Assembly (NCBI GenBank): GCA_963772375.1
Contig: CAVYXG010000005.1
Location: 557,339-621,338, forward strand
Length of the DNA stretch: 64,000 bases
Source: an uncultured Actinomycetes bacterium
Lineage (GTDB): Bacteria; Actinomycetota; UBA4738; JACQTL01
Direction of reading: 5' to 3'
Part shown: in pieces, positions 55,085-64,000 of the stretch
Numbering within the stretch: the stretch's first letter is position 1
Layout of the letters: every line of letters begins with the position of its first letter
Translations under genes and position numbers: made by a program
Notes under the pieces: generated by a model
The model's input: only the letters and a program-made list of their open reading frames with translations
Told to the model about the DNA's origin: nothing
The model's database searches: none

Positions 55085-57534
55085 TCCGCGCCCGAGCTGC
55101 CCGGCAGGCCGCCGCTCTCGTCGTGGGACTGCACCTCGGACCCGCCGGCCTGCTCGAGCGCCTGCTCGCGTGGGGCGTCCGTCGACCCGCCGTCCGGCGC
55201 CTGCGCCGCCTGGATGGCCTCCCACACCTTGGCCGAGGTGACCGGCATGTCGAGGTTCCGGACGCCCAGGTGCCACACGGCGTCGAGCACCGCGTTGACG
55301 AACGCCGCCGGCGACCCGACGGTCGCCGACTCGCCGACGCCCTTCGCGCCGATCGGGTGGTGGGGCGACGGCGTGACGGTCTCGCCCAGCTCGAACCGCG
55401 GCGTCTCCCACGCCGTCGGCAGGAGGTAGTCCATGAAGTTCGACCCGATGCAGTTGCCGTCGTCGTCGAACGTGATGAGCTCCATCGCGGACATCCCGAA
55501 GCCCTCGGTGAGCCCGCCGTGGATCTGCCCCTCGACGATCATCGGGTTGATCCGGACGCCGCAGTCGTCGACGGCGACCATGCGGAGCACCTTCCACTCG
55601 CCGGTGTCGGGGTCGACCTCGACGGTGACGACGTACGTGCCGAACGGGAACGTCAGGTTCGGCGGGTCGTAGTAATAGACCGCCTCCAGCCCGGCCTCCG
55701 TGCCCTCCGCGAAGTTCGTGTACGCGGCGAACGCGATCTCCTGGATGGTCTTGGCCTGGTCGGGAGCGCCTTTCACGTGGAACGAGTCGGCCTCCCACTC
55801 CAGGTCCTCCTCGTTCACCTCCAGCAGGTGCGCGGCGATCTTGCGGGCCTTCTCCCGGACGCGGCGGGCGACCATCGCCGTGGCGGCGCCGGACACCGGC
55901 GTCGACCGCGACGCGTACGTTCCCAGCCCGTACGGCGTGTTGTCCGTGTCGCCGTGCATGACCTTGACGTCCTCGGGCTGGATGCCGAGCTCCTCGGCCA
56001 CGATCTGCGCGAACGTCGTCTCGTGGCCCTGGCCCTGCGTCTGGACCGAGAGCTTGAGGATGGCCTTCCCCGTCGGATGGACCCGAAGCTCGGCGCCGTC
56101 GTTCATCTTCAGCCCGAGGATGTCGTAGTCCTTCTGCGGTCCGGCGCCCACGACCTCGGTGAACGACGCCAGTCCGACGCCCAGCAGCCGGCCCTCGGCC
56201 CGGGCCTTGGCCTGCTCCGCCCGGAAGTCGGCGTACCCGACCTTCTCGAGCGCCAGGTCCATGGCCGCCTGGTAGTCGCCCGAGTCGTACTCGAACCCCG
56301 TCACGCTCTTGTACGGGAACGCCTCCTTCGGGATGAAATTCTTCTTCCGGAGGTCGGCGGGGTCCATGCCCAACTCGTACGCCGCGTTCTGCACGAGGCG
56401 TTCGATCATGTAGGAGGCCTCGGTCACCCGGAACGAACACCGGTACGCGACGCCGCCGGGCGCCTTGTTCGTGTAGTAGCCGTCGGCCGCGACGTGCGCC
56501 GCCGGCAGGTCGTACGAGCCCGTCACGACGTGGAACAGCCCGACCTTGAACTTCGACGGCTGGGCGTCGGCGTGGAACGCGCCCTCGTCGGCCTTCAGCG
56601 AGACGCGCAGGCCCTTCATCTCGCCGTCGTTCGAAAGGGCCATCTCGCCGTGCATGTAGAAGTCCCGGGCGAACCCCGTGGAGATGAGGTTCTCGGTGCG
56701 GTCCTCGATCCACTTCACCGGTCGGCCCAGCAGGAGCGACGCCGCCGTGGCGACCACGTAGCCCGGGTACACGGGGACCTTGTTGCCGAACCCGCCGCCG
56801 ATGTCGGGCGAGAGGATCCGGATGTTCTCCTCGGGCAGCCCCGTCACCAGCGCGAACACCGTCCGGATGGCGTGCGGCGCCTGGGAGGTCATCCAGATCG
56901 TGGCCTGCCCGGTGCCCATGTTCACGTCGGCGACGCAGCCGCACGTCTCCAGCGGGGAGGGGTGCGAGCGTGGGTAGTGGGTGTCCAGCGACACCACCTT
57001 GTCGGCCGAGGCGAAGGCCGCGTCCGTCGCGTCCGCGTCGCCCGACTCCCAGTGGTAGATGTGGTTGGAGTCCTGGCCCTCCTTGTCGGTGCGGATGACG
57101 GGGGCGTCGGGCGCCGCGGCCTTCTCCGGGTTGGTCACCGCCCCGAGCGGTTCGTACTCGACGTCGATCAGCTCGAGGGCGTCCTTGGCGATGTACGCGC
57201 TCTCCGCGATGACGGCCGCCACCTCCTGCCCCTGGAACCGGACCTTGTCGGTGGCCAGCACGGCCTGCGTGTCCCCGGACAGCGTGGGCATCCACGCCAG
57301 CTTGTGGGCGGCCATGATCTCGCCGGTCACGACGACGACCACGCCCGGGAGCGCGCTGGCACGCGACGTGTCGACGGAGCGGATCTCCGCGTGCGCGAAC
57401 GGGCTCCGCAGGATGGCCATGTGGAGCATCCGGGGGAGCACGACGTCGTCGATGTAGTTCCCCTGGCCCCGGATGAACCGGTCGTCCTCCTTGCGCTTGA
57501 CGCTGTGTCCGATGCCGCGAATCTCGGTCGCCAT
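55081..57534 (-). CDS. coxL: Aerobic carbon monoxide dehydrogenase large (molybdopterin) subunit, form I
   Basis: N-terminal MATEIRGIGHSVKRKEDDRFIRGQGNY. Form-I active-site signature GVAYRCSFRVTEA (VAYRCSFR). 817 aa. SD GGGAGACGAAG upstream of ATG 57534. Confidence 0.9.
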   Translation of the reverse strand: MATEIRGIGHSVKRKEDDRFIRGQGNYIDDVVLPRMLHMAILRSPFAHAEIRSVDTSRASALPGVVVVVTGEIMAAHKLAWMPTLSGDTQAVLATDKVRFQGQEVAAVIAESAYIAKDALELIDVEYEPLGAVTNPEKAAAPDAPVIRTDKEGQDSNHIYHWESGDADATDAAFASADKVVSLDTHYPRSHPSPLETCGCVADVNMGTGQATIWMTSQAPHAIRTVFALVTGLPEENIRILSPDIGGGFGNKVPVYPGYVVATAASLLLGRPVKWIEDRTENLISTGFARDFYMHGEMALSNDGEMKGLRVSLKADEGAFHADAQPSKFKVGLFHVVTGSYDLPAAHVAADGYYTNKAPGGVAYRCSFRVTEASYMIERLVQNAAYELGMDPADLRKKNFIPKEAFPYKSVTGFEYDSGDYQAAMDLALEKVGYADFRAEQAKARAEGRLLGVGLASFTEVVGAGPQKDYDILGLKMNDGAELRVHPTGKAILKLSVQTQGQGHETTFAQIVAEELGIQPEDVKVMHGDTDNTPYGLGTYASRSTPVSGAATAMVARRVREKARKIAAHLLEVNEEDLEWEADSFHVKGAPDQAKTIQEIAFAAYTNFAEGTEAGLEAVYYYDPPNLTFPFGTYVVTVEVDPDTGEWKVLRMVAVDDCGVRINPMIVEGQIHGGLTEGFGMSAMELITFDDDGNCIGSNFMDYLLPTAWETPRFELGETVTPSPHHPIGAKGVGESATVGSPAAFVNAVLDAVWHLGVRNLDMPVTSAKVWEAIQAAQAPDGGSTDAPREQALEQAGGSEVQSHDESGGLPGSSGAE

Positions 57535-57551
57535 CTGCTTCGTCTCCCTGC

Positions 57552-58142
57552 CTACTCGCTCGGCGCCGCGGTGGCGACGCCCTCGTCGGCGATGTCGGAT
57601 GCCGGCACGGATTCCTCGGGGCCGAGGCCGCTCTCGTCGGCGGTGCTGTCGGGGCTGATGCTGGAATCGTCGTGGCCGTTGCCGGCCTGCTTCGACGCCG
57701 CCCACTGGATGGCCTTCACGATGTTCATGTAGCCGGTGCAGCGGCAGATGTTCCCGCTGATGGCCCACCGGATGTCGTCCTCGGAGGGGCTCGGGTTCTC
57801 CGCGAGCAGGTGTTTCGCCACGAGCATCATGCCCGGCGTGCAGAACCCGCACTGGAGGCCGTGCTCCTCCTTGAACCCCTCCTGGATCGGGTCGAGACCC
57901 TCGGCGCCGATCATGCCCTCGACGGTGGTGACCTCGCGGCCGTCCGCCTGCACGCCGAACACCGTGCACGACTTCACCGGCGTGCCGTCGAGCAGCACCG
58001 TGCACGCACCGCACGACGTCGTGTCGCACCCGATGTGCGTTCCGGTGTACCCGAGGGTCTCCCGGATGACGTGGACGAGGAGCGTGCGGGGTTCGACGTC
58101 TGCCGAGTGCTCCGTTCCGTTCAGGTTGACCGTGATCTCCAT
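57552..58142 (-). CDS. coxS: CO dehydrogenase small subunit, [2Fe-2S]-binding
   Basis: [13 protein letters not shown], plant-type cluster [11 protein letters not shown] and second cluster CGFCTPGMM...CRCTGY. In-frame GTG at 58154 is an alternative start. Confidence 0.85.
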   Translation of the reverse strand: MEITVNLNGTEHSADVEPRTLLVHVIRETLGYTGTHIGCDTTSCGACTVLLDGTPVKSCTVFGVQADGREVTTVEGMIGAEGLDPIQEGFKEEHGLQCGFCTPGMMLVAKHLLAENPSPSEDDIRWAISGNICRCTGYMNIVKAIQWAASKQAGNGHDDSSISPDSTADESGLGPEESVPASDIADEGVATAAPSE

Positions 58143-58157
58143 GTTCGCTGCCACCCC

Positions 58158-59027
58158 CTACAGGCTGCGGGCCGAGTCGAGGGCCCGGGCCAGGCCGCGA
58201 CGGACGAAGACATCCACGACGTGACGCTTGTAGTCGGCCGAACCGCGGACGTCGGAGACGGGGTCGGCTGCGGCCGCGGCCAGCCTGCCGGCCTCCGCGA
58301 ACGCGTCCTCGGTGGGTTCGGCCCCGGCCAGGTGCTGTTCGGCCTCGGTGGCCTCGATGTTCTTCGAGCCCACCGCGGTGAGGGCGATCCCGGCAGCGCC
58401 GATCGTGCCGTTGGCGAGATCCAGGTGGACGCCCACGGCGACCGTGGCGAAGTCGCCCACCTTGCGTTCCATCTTCAGGTAGGCGCCGCCCGACCTGCCG
58501 CCGGGCTGCGGCACCCGGATCTCGGTGACGATCTCGTTCGGCTCGAGCGACGTCGTGAACGTGTCCTGCAGGAACTCGGCAATCGGGATCTCCCGTTCTC
58601 CCGTGGACGACCGCACGACGACCGTGGCGCCCATGGCCAGCATCACCGAACCCCAGTCGCCGGCCGGGTCGGCGTGGGCGAGTGACCCACCGATCGTTCC
58701 GAGGTTGCGGACGATGGGGTCGGAGATCATGGGCGCCGCCTGCGCCATCACCGGGTACCGCTGCTTGAGCAGGTCGGAGTGCTCCAAGGTCGCATGTCTC
58801 GTGAGCGCACCGACGCGGAGCTGCCCGTCGGCCTCCTGCACGCCGTCCAGCCCGGGGATCCGGTTGATGTCGATGAGGTGCCCCGGCGCGGCGAACCGGA
58901 GCTTCATCAGCGGGATGAGGCTCTGCCCTCCCGCCAGGACCTTGCCCTCGTCCCCGTGGTCGTTCAGCAGCGAGAGCGCCTCGTCCAGGGTCTCGGGGCG
59001 GTGGTACTCGAACGCAGCGGGAAGCAT
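58158..59027 (-). CDS. coxM: CO dehydrogenase medium subunit, FAD-binding
   Basis: MLPAAFEYHRPETLDEALSLL, AGGQSLIPLMKLR, TIGGSLAHADP (FAD-binding motifs). Strong SD GAAGGAGG 6 nt before ATG 59027. Confidence 0.85.
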   Translation of the reverse strand: MLPAAFEYHRPETLDEALSLLNDHGDEGKVLAGGQSLIPLMKLRFAAPGHLIDINRIPGLDGVQEADGQLRVGALTRHATLEHSDLLKQRYPVMAQAAPMISDPIVRNLGTIGGSLAHADPAGDWGSVMLAMGATVVVRSSTGEREIPIAEFLQDTFTTSLEPNEIVTEIRVPQPGGRSGGAYLKMERKVGDFATVAVGVHLDLANGTIGAAGIALTAVGSKNIEATEAEQHLAGAEPTEDAFAEAGRLAAAAADPVSDVRGSADYKRHVVDVFVRRGLARALDSARSL

Positions 59028-59298
59028 TCAGTCCTCCTTCACTGCAGGTGCAACGCGAGTCGAGCCGGAGGCCCGTGACGCGGCCGAGGCGGCGCAAGGA
59101 CTACGAGCGGTCGTGCGCCCCGGACTGCGGGCCGCGTCGTCGATCGGCGCGCCAGCGTGCGTTCACCCCCCGGATCGTGCGGCCGCCGCGGCGCGGCGGC
59201 CCGGAAGCGGATTGTCACGCTCCGACGGTTGCTTGGTCAACTTCCACACGCAGTTCGCGGTACGAGAACCTGGTCGCTTCAGGGCAGGGAAGCCGAGA

Positions 59299-59308
59299 CA
59301 TCATGATG
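59299..59308. promoter_or_regulatory. Perfect 10-bp palindrome CATCATGATG 20 bp upstream of the vapB start; candidate antitoxin autoregulatory operator
   Basis: Seen directly in the vapB leader. Type II antitoxins commonly bind palindromes overlapping their promoters. Confidence 0.3.
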
Positions 59309-59328
59309 CCTCGGTGCTAGGCTTCACG

Positions 59329-59577
59329 ATGTTGAGCAAGCGAACGACCCTCACGATCGAGGACGACGTGATGTCCCGGCTCGCCGACGAGGCCAGGAGA
59401 ACCGGCAAACCGTTCAAGACGGTCGTGAACGAAGCGCTCCGTCGCGGCCTCGACGGCGCGCCGGGTCCCCGCGAGCGCTACCGCGTGGTCGCCAAGCCGA
59501 TGGGCCTCCGTCCCGGCTTCGACCTCGACGACATCGAGGGACTGCTCGACCGCCTCGAGGGACCGAACCGCCGTTGA
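59329..59577 (+). CDS. vapB: Type II antitoxin, VapB-like
   Basis: Small ORF (82 aa) MLSKRTTLTIEDDVMSRLADEARRTGKPFKTVVNEALRRGL, overlapping the PIN toxin gene by 4 nt (ATGA). Confidence 0.7.
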   Translation: MLSKRTTLTIEDDVMSRLADEARRTGKPFKTVVNEALRRGLDGAPGPRERYRVVAKPMGLRPGFDLDDIEGLLDRLEGPNRR

Positions 59578-60005
59578 TCGTCGTCGACGCCAACATCCTC
59601 CTGTACGCGCACGACTCGGAGAGTTCGCACCACCAGCGGGCGCGGGCATGGCTCGAGGACGTGATGAACGGGGAGGAGGAGGTGGGCCTGGCGCTGGCGA
59701 CGCTCCTCGCGTTCCTTCGCATCGGCACGCATCCGGCGCTGTTCCCGAATCCGCTGACCTCGGATGAGGCGCTCACCATCGTCACCACGTGGCTCGCCCT
59801 GCCGAGCGTTCGTCTCGTCCAGCCGACGGAACTCCACTGGTCGTCCCTCGAGGAGATGTGCCGAGTCGGTCAGGCCCGGGGTCCGCTCCTGATGGACGCG
59901 CACCTCGCGGCGCTTGCGCTCGAGCATGGAGCGACGCTCTGTACCTCCGACCGGGACTTCGCCCGCTTCCCGCGAGTCAAGATCCGGAACCCCCTCGCGG
60001 CCTGA
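59574..60005 (+). CDS. vapC: PIN-domain ribonuclease toxin VapC
   Basis: MIVVDANILLYAHD (Asp5), acidic residues at LEE/TSDRDF typical of the PIN catalytic quartet. 143 aa. Confidence 0.85.
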   Translation: MIVVDANILLYAHDSESSHHQRARAWLEDVMNGEEEVGLALATLLAFLRIGTHPALFPNPLTSDEALTIVTTWLALPSVRLVQPTELHWSSLEEMCRVGQARGPLLMDAHLAALALEHGATLCTSDRDFARFPRVKIRNPLAA

Positions 60006-60008
60006 TTG

Positions 60009-61544
60009 TCAGACGTTCCTGGGCTTGGCGCAGCTCGAGTCCGTGATCTCGAGCGAGTCGAACATCTGCCCCACCAGCTCGGCTCCGCAGTCTCCCCAGG
60101 CCGGCCCCGCCACCGGGTGGCCCGCGCCGGCCACGGTGACGTACGTGGCGCCGGGGAGCTCGTGGCGGAGGGTTTCGACCACCTCCGAGGGGACCACGGT
60201 ATCGCCGTCTCCTGCCAGGATCAGCGTGGGGACCCGGGGAAACACGGCCCCCACTGGGACCGCCGGCTCGAACCGATCCGGTGCCGGCCACCCCAGACAG
60301 CCGCTCGGTTGCCGGATCGCCATCCAGGCGCGGACCGAGAACGGTGCGAACGCTCCGGGCGGGAACGCCGCCACCGCGCGCTCGAACTCGGTCCGGCGCA
60401 CCCTCACGGGGTCCGTGCGGTCCCACACGAAGTCCGCGTCGTTGCAGAACGCGGCGAAGTTGTCGCCGACGGAGAAGGCGGCGGGGTCCGGAGCCGCATC
60501 CGGTGGTCCGAGCTCGTGCACGTGGGCGATCCGCAGGAGGGGCTCGGGATCGCCGTGCCGGAGCGCCGAGCTGGCGTTCACCAGCTCGACCGGATCGATC
60601 TGTCCACACACGACGCAGGTGCCGGCGGATCCGAGCAGGTTGGCGACCTCCGGCTCGTCGACCTCCACGCCCTCCAGCTCGCCCGCCGGCAGCTGGAGCC
60701 GGCCGCGGATCGGCCGGACGGCCGCCCGATGGACGAGCCACCGGATGACCCGCGTCGGGTCCCGGACGCCGCAGTGTTCCGATCTCGCGCACATCAGCGC
60801 GACATCCCGGACCAGCGCCCCGGGGATGCCGAGGCCCCACACCCAGGTATGCGGTGGGTCGGTGACCGCCATCCCGGCGTCGAACACGAGCGCGTGGACG
60901 TGCTGCGGGAACCGCACCGCGTACGCCTGCTCGGGCACCGCGCCGTACGAGAACGCGTACAGGTCGATGCGGTCGTACCCGAGCGCTCTGCGAACCGCCT
61001 CCACGTCCAGGGCCACGTCTCCCGATCCGTACCGGTCGGCGTCGTCACCGAGGTGCTCGCCGCAGGTCCGGACGGCCTCGCGCAGCTCCGCCGCCGTGCG
61101 CCAGCCGTTCTGCAGGTCCGCGCAGTCGATCGGTTCTGACCGTCCGGTTCCGCGGGGGCTGATCGCCACGATGTCGTGGTGGGCGAGCACGGGGTCCATG
61201 GTGAGCATGAAGTTCATGACGTCGCTCGCCCCCGACCCCGGCCCGCCCGGGAGCGAGAAGATCGGCTCATTCGCGGGGACGGCCTCGTCGGTGTGCGGGT
61301 GAACCGAGAACCCGATGGAGATGCTCGGGCCCTCCGGATGCGCCCGATCCAGCGGAACGTCGATCGATCCGCACAGCAGGTCGCCTCGGTCCGGACACGT
61401 CGCGAGCCGCGGAACTCCCGCGGGCGGCGGCCGGGACGGTCGTGCAGGTGCGGCCGGGCTCCCCGAGGTCCTCTCGTCCGTGCCCGTGCAGGCGGCGGCC
61501 ACCACCGAGAACAGCGCCAGCACCGCCCACGCCGCCCGTCGCAT
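60009..61544 (-). CDS. Secreted alpha/beta hydrolase, tripeptidyl-aminopeptidase/S33-like lipoprotein
   Basis: Lipobox [15 protein letters not shown]. Nucleophile elbow context [10 protein letters not shown]-terminal [11 protein letters not shown]...GAGH typical of the TAP-type alpha/beta hydrolase C-terminal domain. Confidence 0.7.
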   Translation of the reverse strand: MRRAAWAVLALFSVVAAACTGTDERTSGSPAAPARPSRPPPAGVPRLATCPDRGDLLCGSIDVPLDRAHPEGPSISIGFSVHPHTDEAVPANEPIFSLPGGPGSGASDVMNFMLTMDPVLAHHDIVAISPRGTGRSEPIDCADLQNGWRTAAELREAVRTCGEHLGDDADRYGSGDVALDVEAVRRALGYDRIDLYAFSYGAVPEQAYAVRFPQHVHALVFDAGMAVTDPPHTWVWGLGIPGALVRDVALMCARSEHCGVRDPTRVIRWLVHRAAVRPIRGRLQLPAGELEGVEVDEPEVANLLGSAGTCVVCGQIDPVELVNASSALRHGDPEPLLRIAHVHELGPPDAAPDPAAFSVGDNFAAFCNDADFVWDRTDPVRVRRTEFERAVAAFPPGAFAPFSVRAWMAIRQPSGCLGWPAPDRFEPAVPVGAVFPRVPTLILAGDGDTVVPSEVVETLRHELPGATYVTVAGAGHPVAGPAWGDCGAELVGQMFDSLEITDSSCAKPRNV

Positions 61545-61655
61545 GAGCGGAATCCTTTCGCATCGCGGTGCCGCAAGTACACGTCGATTTCACGTCTTCG
61601 CGTCGGGCGGCATACGATCGCGCTTCCTCGTTCGGGTGAGGGAAAGGAGGCTCCG

Positions 61656-62144
61656 TTGCCACGCGTCGCGGTCACGGTGAACGGGTCGCCGAGGGAGGCA
61701 GACGTCGAGGCCCGCACCCTGCTCGTCTACTTCCTGCGCGACTCCCTTGGAATGACCGGAACGAACGTCGGGTGCGACACCTCGTCGTGCGGCTCCTGCA
61801 CGGTGCTGCTCGACGGCGAGTCGGTGAAGTCGTGCACGCTGCTGGCCCTGCAGGCCGACGGCCGTGAGGTCTCGACCATCGAGGGCCTGGCCGGCGAGGG
61901 CGGCGAGCTGCACGCCCTCCAGGAGGCGTTCCACCAGCACCACGGCCTCCAGTGCGGCTACTGCACGCCGGGGATGATCATGGCCGCCGCCGGGCTGATC
62001 GCCGAGGCGGACGGCCCGCTCGACGAGCACGCGGTGCGGGACGGCCTCGAGGGCAACCTCTGCCGATGCACCGGCTACCAGAACATCGTCAAGGCCGTGC
62101 TGGCCGCGCAGGACCAGATGTCCAGCACGCCGGCCAACGCATAG
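61656..62144 (+). CDS. [2Fe-2S]-binding small subunit of a second molybdenum hydroxylase (CoxS-like)
   Basis: SD GGAAAGGAGG then TTG 61656. [41 protein letters not shown]. Confidence 0.8.
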   Translation: MPRVAVTVNGSPREADVEARTLLVYFLRDSLGMTGTNVGCDTSSCGSCTVLLDGESVKSCTLLALQADGREVSTIEGLAGEGGELHALQEAFHQHHGLQCGYCTPGMIMAAAGLIAEADGPLDEHAVRDGLEGNLCRCTGYQNIVKAVLAAQDQMSSTPANA

Positions 62145-62157
62145 AGGAGAACCGAGA

Positions 62158-64000
62158 GATGGCGCAGGTCATCGGAACCGAGGTCCTCCGCAAGGAAGAC
62201 CCGGAGCTCATCACCGGCCAGGCCAAGTACCTCGACGACCTGGTCGTCCCAGGCATGGTCTGGATGCACGTCGTCCGGAGCCCGCTCGCGCACGCAACGA
62301 TCAACGGCGTCGACCTCTCCCGGGCCAGGGAGATGCCCGGCGTCGTCGCGGCGTTCTCCGGCGCGGAACTCGCTGACGACTGGGCCGGGCCGCTCCTCAT
62401 GGCCTGGCCGGTCACCGAGGACATCCACAACCCGCCGCACTGGCCGCTCGCCAAGGACAAGGCGCGGTACCAGGGCGACGGCGTGGCGGTCGTGACCGCA
62501 GAGACGCGCGCGCAGGCGGTCGACGCGGCCGAGGCCGTCGACGTCGACTACGAGCCGCTCGACCCGGTGGTCGACATGGAGGCGGCGCTGGCCGACGGCG
62601 CGCCGCTCGTCCACGACGAGTTCGACACCAACAAGTGCTACACGTGGGCGCACACCAACGGCGAGGTCGACGCGGTGTTCGACGCCGCGCCGGTGATCGT
62701 CAAGGAGCGCTACGTCATCCAGCGGCAGGTTCCCAACGCCATCGAGCCGCGCGGCGTGCTCTGCCAGCCGAACCCGGCGATGGGCGACTTCACGCTCTAC
62801 ACGTCGACCCAGATTCCGCACATCGTCAAGGTCGCGATGACGCTCGGCACGGGGATCCCCGAGTCGAAGATCCGCGTCGTGGCGCCCCGAGTCGGCGGGG
62901 GATTCGGTTCGAAGTTGCAGGTCTACGCCGAGGAGATGCTGGCCCTGGCGCTGGCCAAGCGGCTCGGCCGTCCGGTGAAGTGGACCGAGACCCGGAGCGA
63001 GAACTTCCTGGCCACGCACCACGGGCGGGACCAGATCCAGGAGATGGAGCTGGCGGCGGACGAGGACGGGAAGATCAGGGGGTTCCGGGCGAACATCAAG
63101 GTGAACATGGGGGCCTACCTCATGATCATCACGCCGGGGACGCCGCTCCTCGGCGCGTGGGTCTACAGCGGCTGCTACGGCGGCGAGGCCTACGGGATCA
63201 CGTTCACCGGGGTGTTCACCAACACCACGCCGACCGACGCGTACCGCGGCGCCGGCCGCCCGGAGGCGACCTACGCCATCGAACGCACCATGGAGGCGCT
63301 CGCCAAGAAGGTCGGGAAGGATCCCGTCGAGATCCGCCGGATGAACTTCATGCCGGCCTCGAACGAGCCGTTCCCGATACCGGGCGGCCTGATGATCGAC
63401 AGCGCGAACTACGAGTCCACGCTGGACACGGCGCTGGGCATGGTCGGGTACGACGAGCTGCGGGCGGAGCAGCAGGCCCGGCGCGACCGCGGTGACACGA
63501 AGCTGCTCGGGATCGGCTTCTCGACGTACCTCGAGATGTGCGGACTCGCGCCGTCGCGGATCCTGTCGGCGCTGCGCTATGTCGCCGGCGGGTGGGACGG
63601 GGCGCAGATCCGGGTGCTGCCCACCGGGAAGGTGGTGGTGGCCATCGGCACGTCGCCGCACGGCCAGAGCCACGTCACGACCGTGTCGCAGATCGTGGCG
63701 GACGACCTCGGCATCCCGGTGGAGGACATCGAGGTCGTGCACTCCGACACGGAGCTCGCGCCGCTCGGCATGGACACCTACGGCAGTCGCAGCCTGGCCG
63801 TCGGGGGCGTGGCCGTGCACCGGGCGGCGATGAAGGTCGTCGAGCAGGCCCGGAAGATCGCGGCCCACGAGCTGGAGGTCAGCGAGGACGACCTCGACTA
63901 CGACTCCGGGACGTTCAGCGTGAAGGGTGCGCCGGACAAGGCGCTCACCGTTCCGGCCATCGCGTTCAGCGCCTGGACGGCGCACAACCTGCCGGACGAC
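62158..64000 (+). CDS. Molybdopterin-binding large subunit of a form-II CODH-like / xanthine-dehydrogenase-family enzyme (3' end beyond window)
   Basis: SD AGAGGAGAA, ATG 62158. MAQVIGTEVLRKEDPELITGQAKYLDD. Active-site loop TDAYRGAGRPEATYAIE (the AYRGAGR form-II/putative-CODH signature, not the form-I AYRCSFR). Confidence 0.8.

Noticed and set aside
51385-57732. 842-aa and 869-aa plus-strand ORFs antisense to the M14 peptidase and coxL
   Set aside because: Antisense to genes with unambiguous catalytic signatures (HxxE zinc site, AYRCSFR). Low-complexity composition.
1-64000. CRISPR arrays, insertion sequences, integrases, rRNA
   Set aside because: I scanned for short regularly spaced direct repeats, transposase/integrase motifs (DDE, tyrosine recombinase R-H-R-Y) and rRNA-like segments and found none. 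I also saw no AT-rich islands of the kind that might mark recently acquired DNA.

Overview
High-GC (about 70%) actinobacterial chromosome segment, densely coding on both strands. Rubrobacteria/Thermoleophilia-like is my guess from codon bias and gene content. Many long Arg/Pro/Gly-rich ORFs in the six-frame track are GC-driven shadow ORFs; I called genes only where the translation shows recognisable family motifs. Contents in order: ispF 3' end, rlmB, tRNA-Thr(TGT), a multidomain secreted PGRP-type cell-wall amidase, a GDE_C-family glycoside hydrolase, NAD(P)-glutamate dehydrogenase, and a cupredoxin lipoprotein spaced 1 nt from a PAS-GGDEF-EAL membrane sensor. Next comes a compatible-solute/glycoside island: GT4 glycosyltransferase, a decayed otsB relic, otsA, AI-2E transporter, translationally coupled gpgS-gpgP (glucosylglycerate), a divergent 3-Cys Rrf2 regulator, and a fused IPCT/DIPPS-like gene (di-myo-inositol-phosphate type). 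Repair genes follow (UvrD-family helicase, divergent mug/fpg pair, split LigD phosphoesterase + ligase genes), then fumC and a frameshifted Hanks Ser/Thr kinase with extracellular beta-propeller + SBP_bac_5 sensor domains. Further on are a DAO + DHDPS-family pair (hydroxyproline-type catabolism), a LuxR/SnoaL/methyltransferase group, and an ECF sigma/anti-sigma pair. A form-I aerobic CO-dehydrogenase cluster (coxM-coxS-coxL plus a coxI/XdhC fused to a TRASH metal-binding domain) has its coxG + xdhC accessory genes 7 kb away. A vapBC toxin-antitoxin pair and the start of a second, form-II-like coxS-coxL molybdenum hydroxylase cluster close the window. No CRISPR, transposase, integrase or rRNA was seen. 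The most unusual material is the co-localised osmo/thermoprotectant genes with the otsB relic, the CODH maturation arrangement, the interrupted kinase, and an in-frame TGA between two TolB-like beta-propeller genes with a duplicated terminal repeat.
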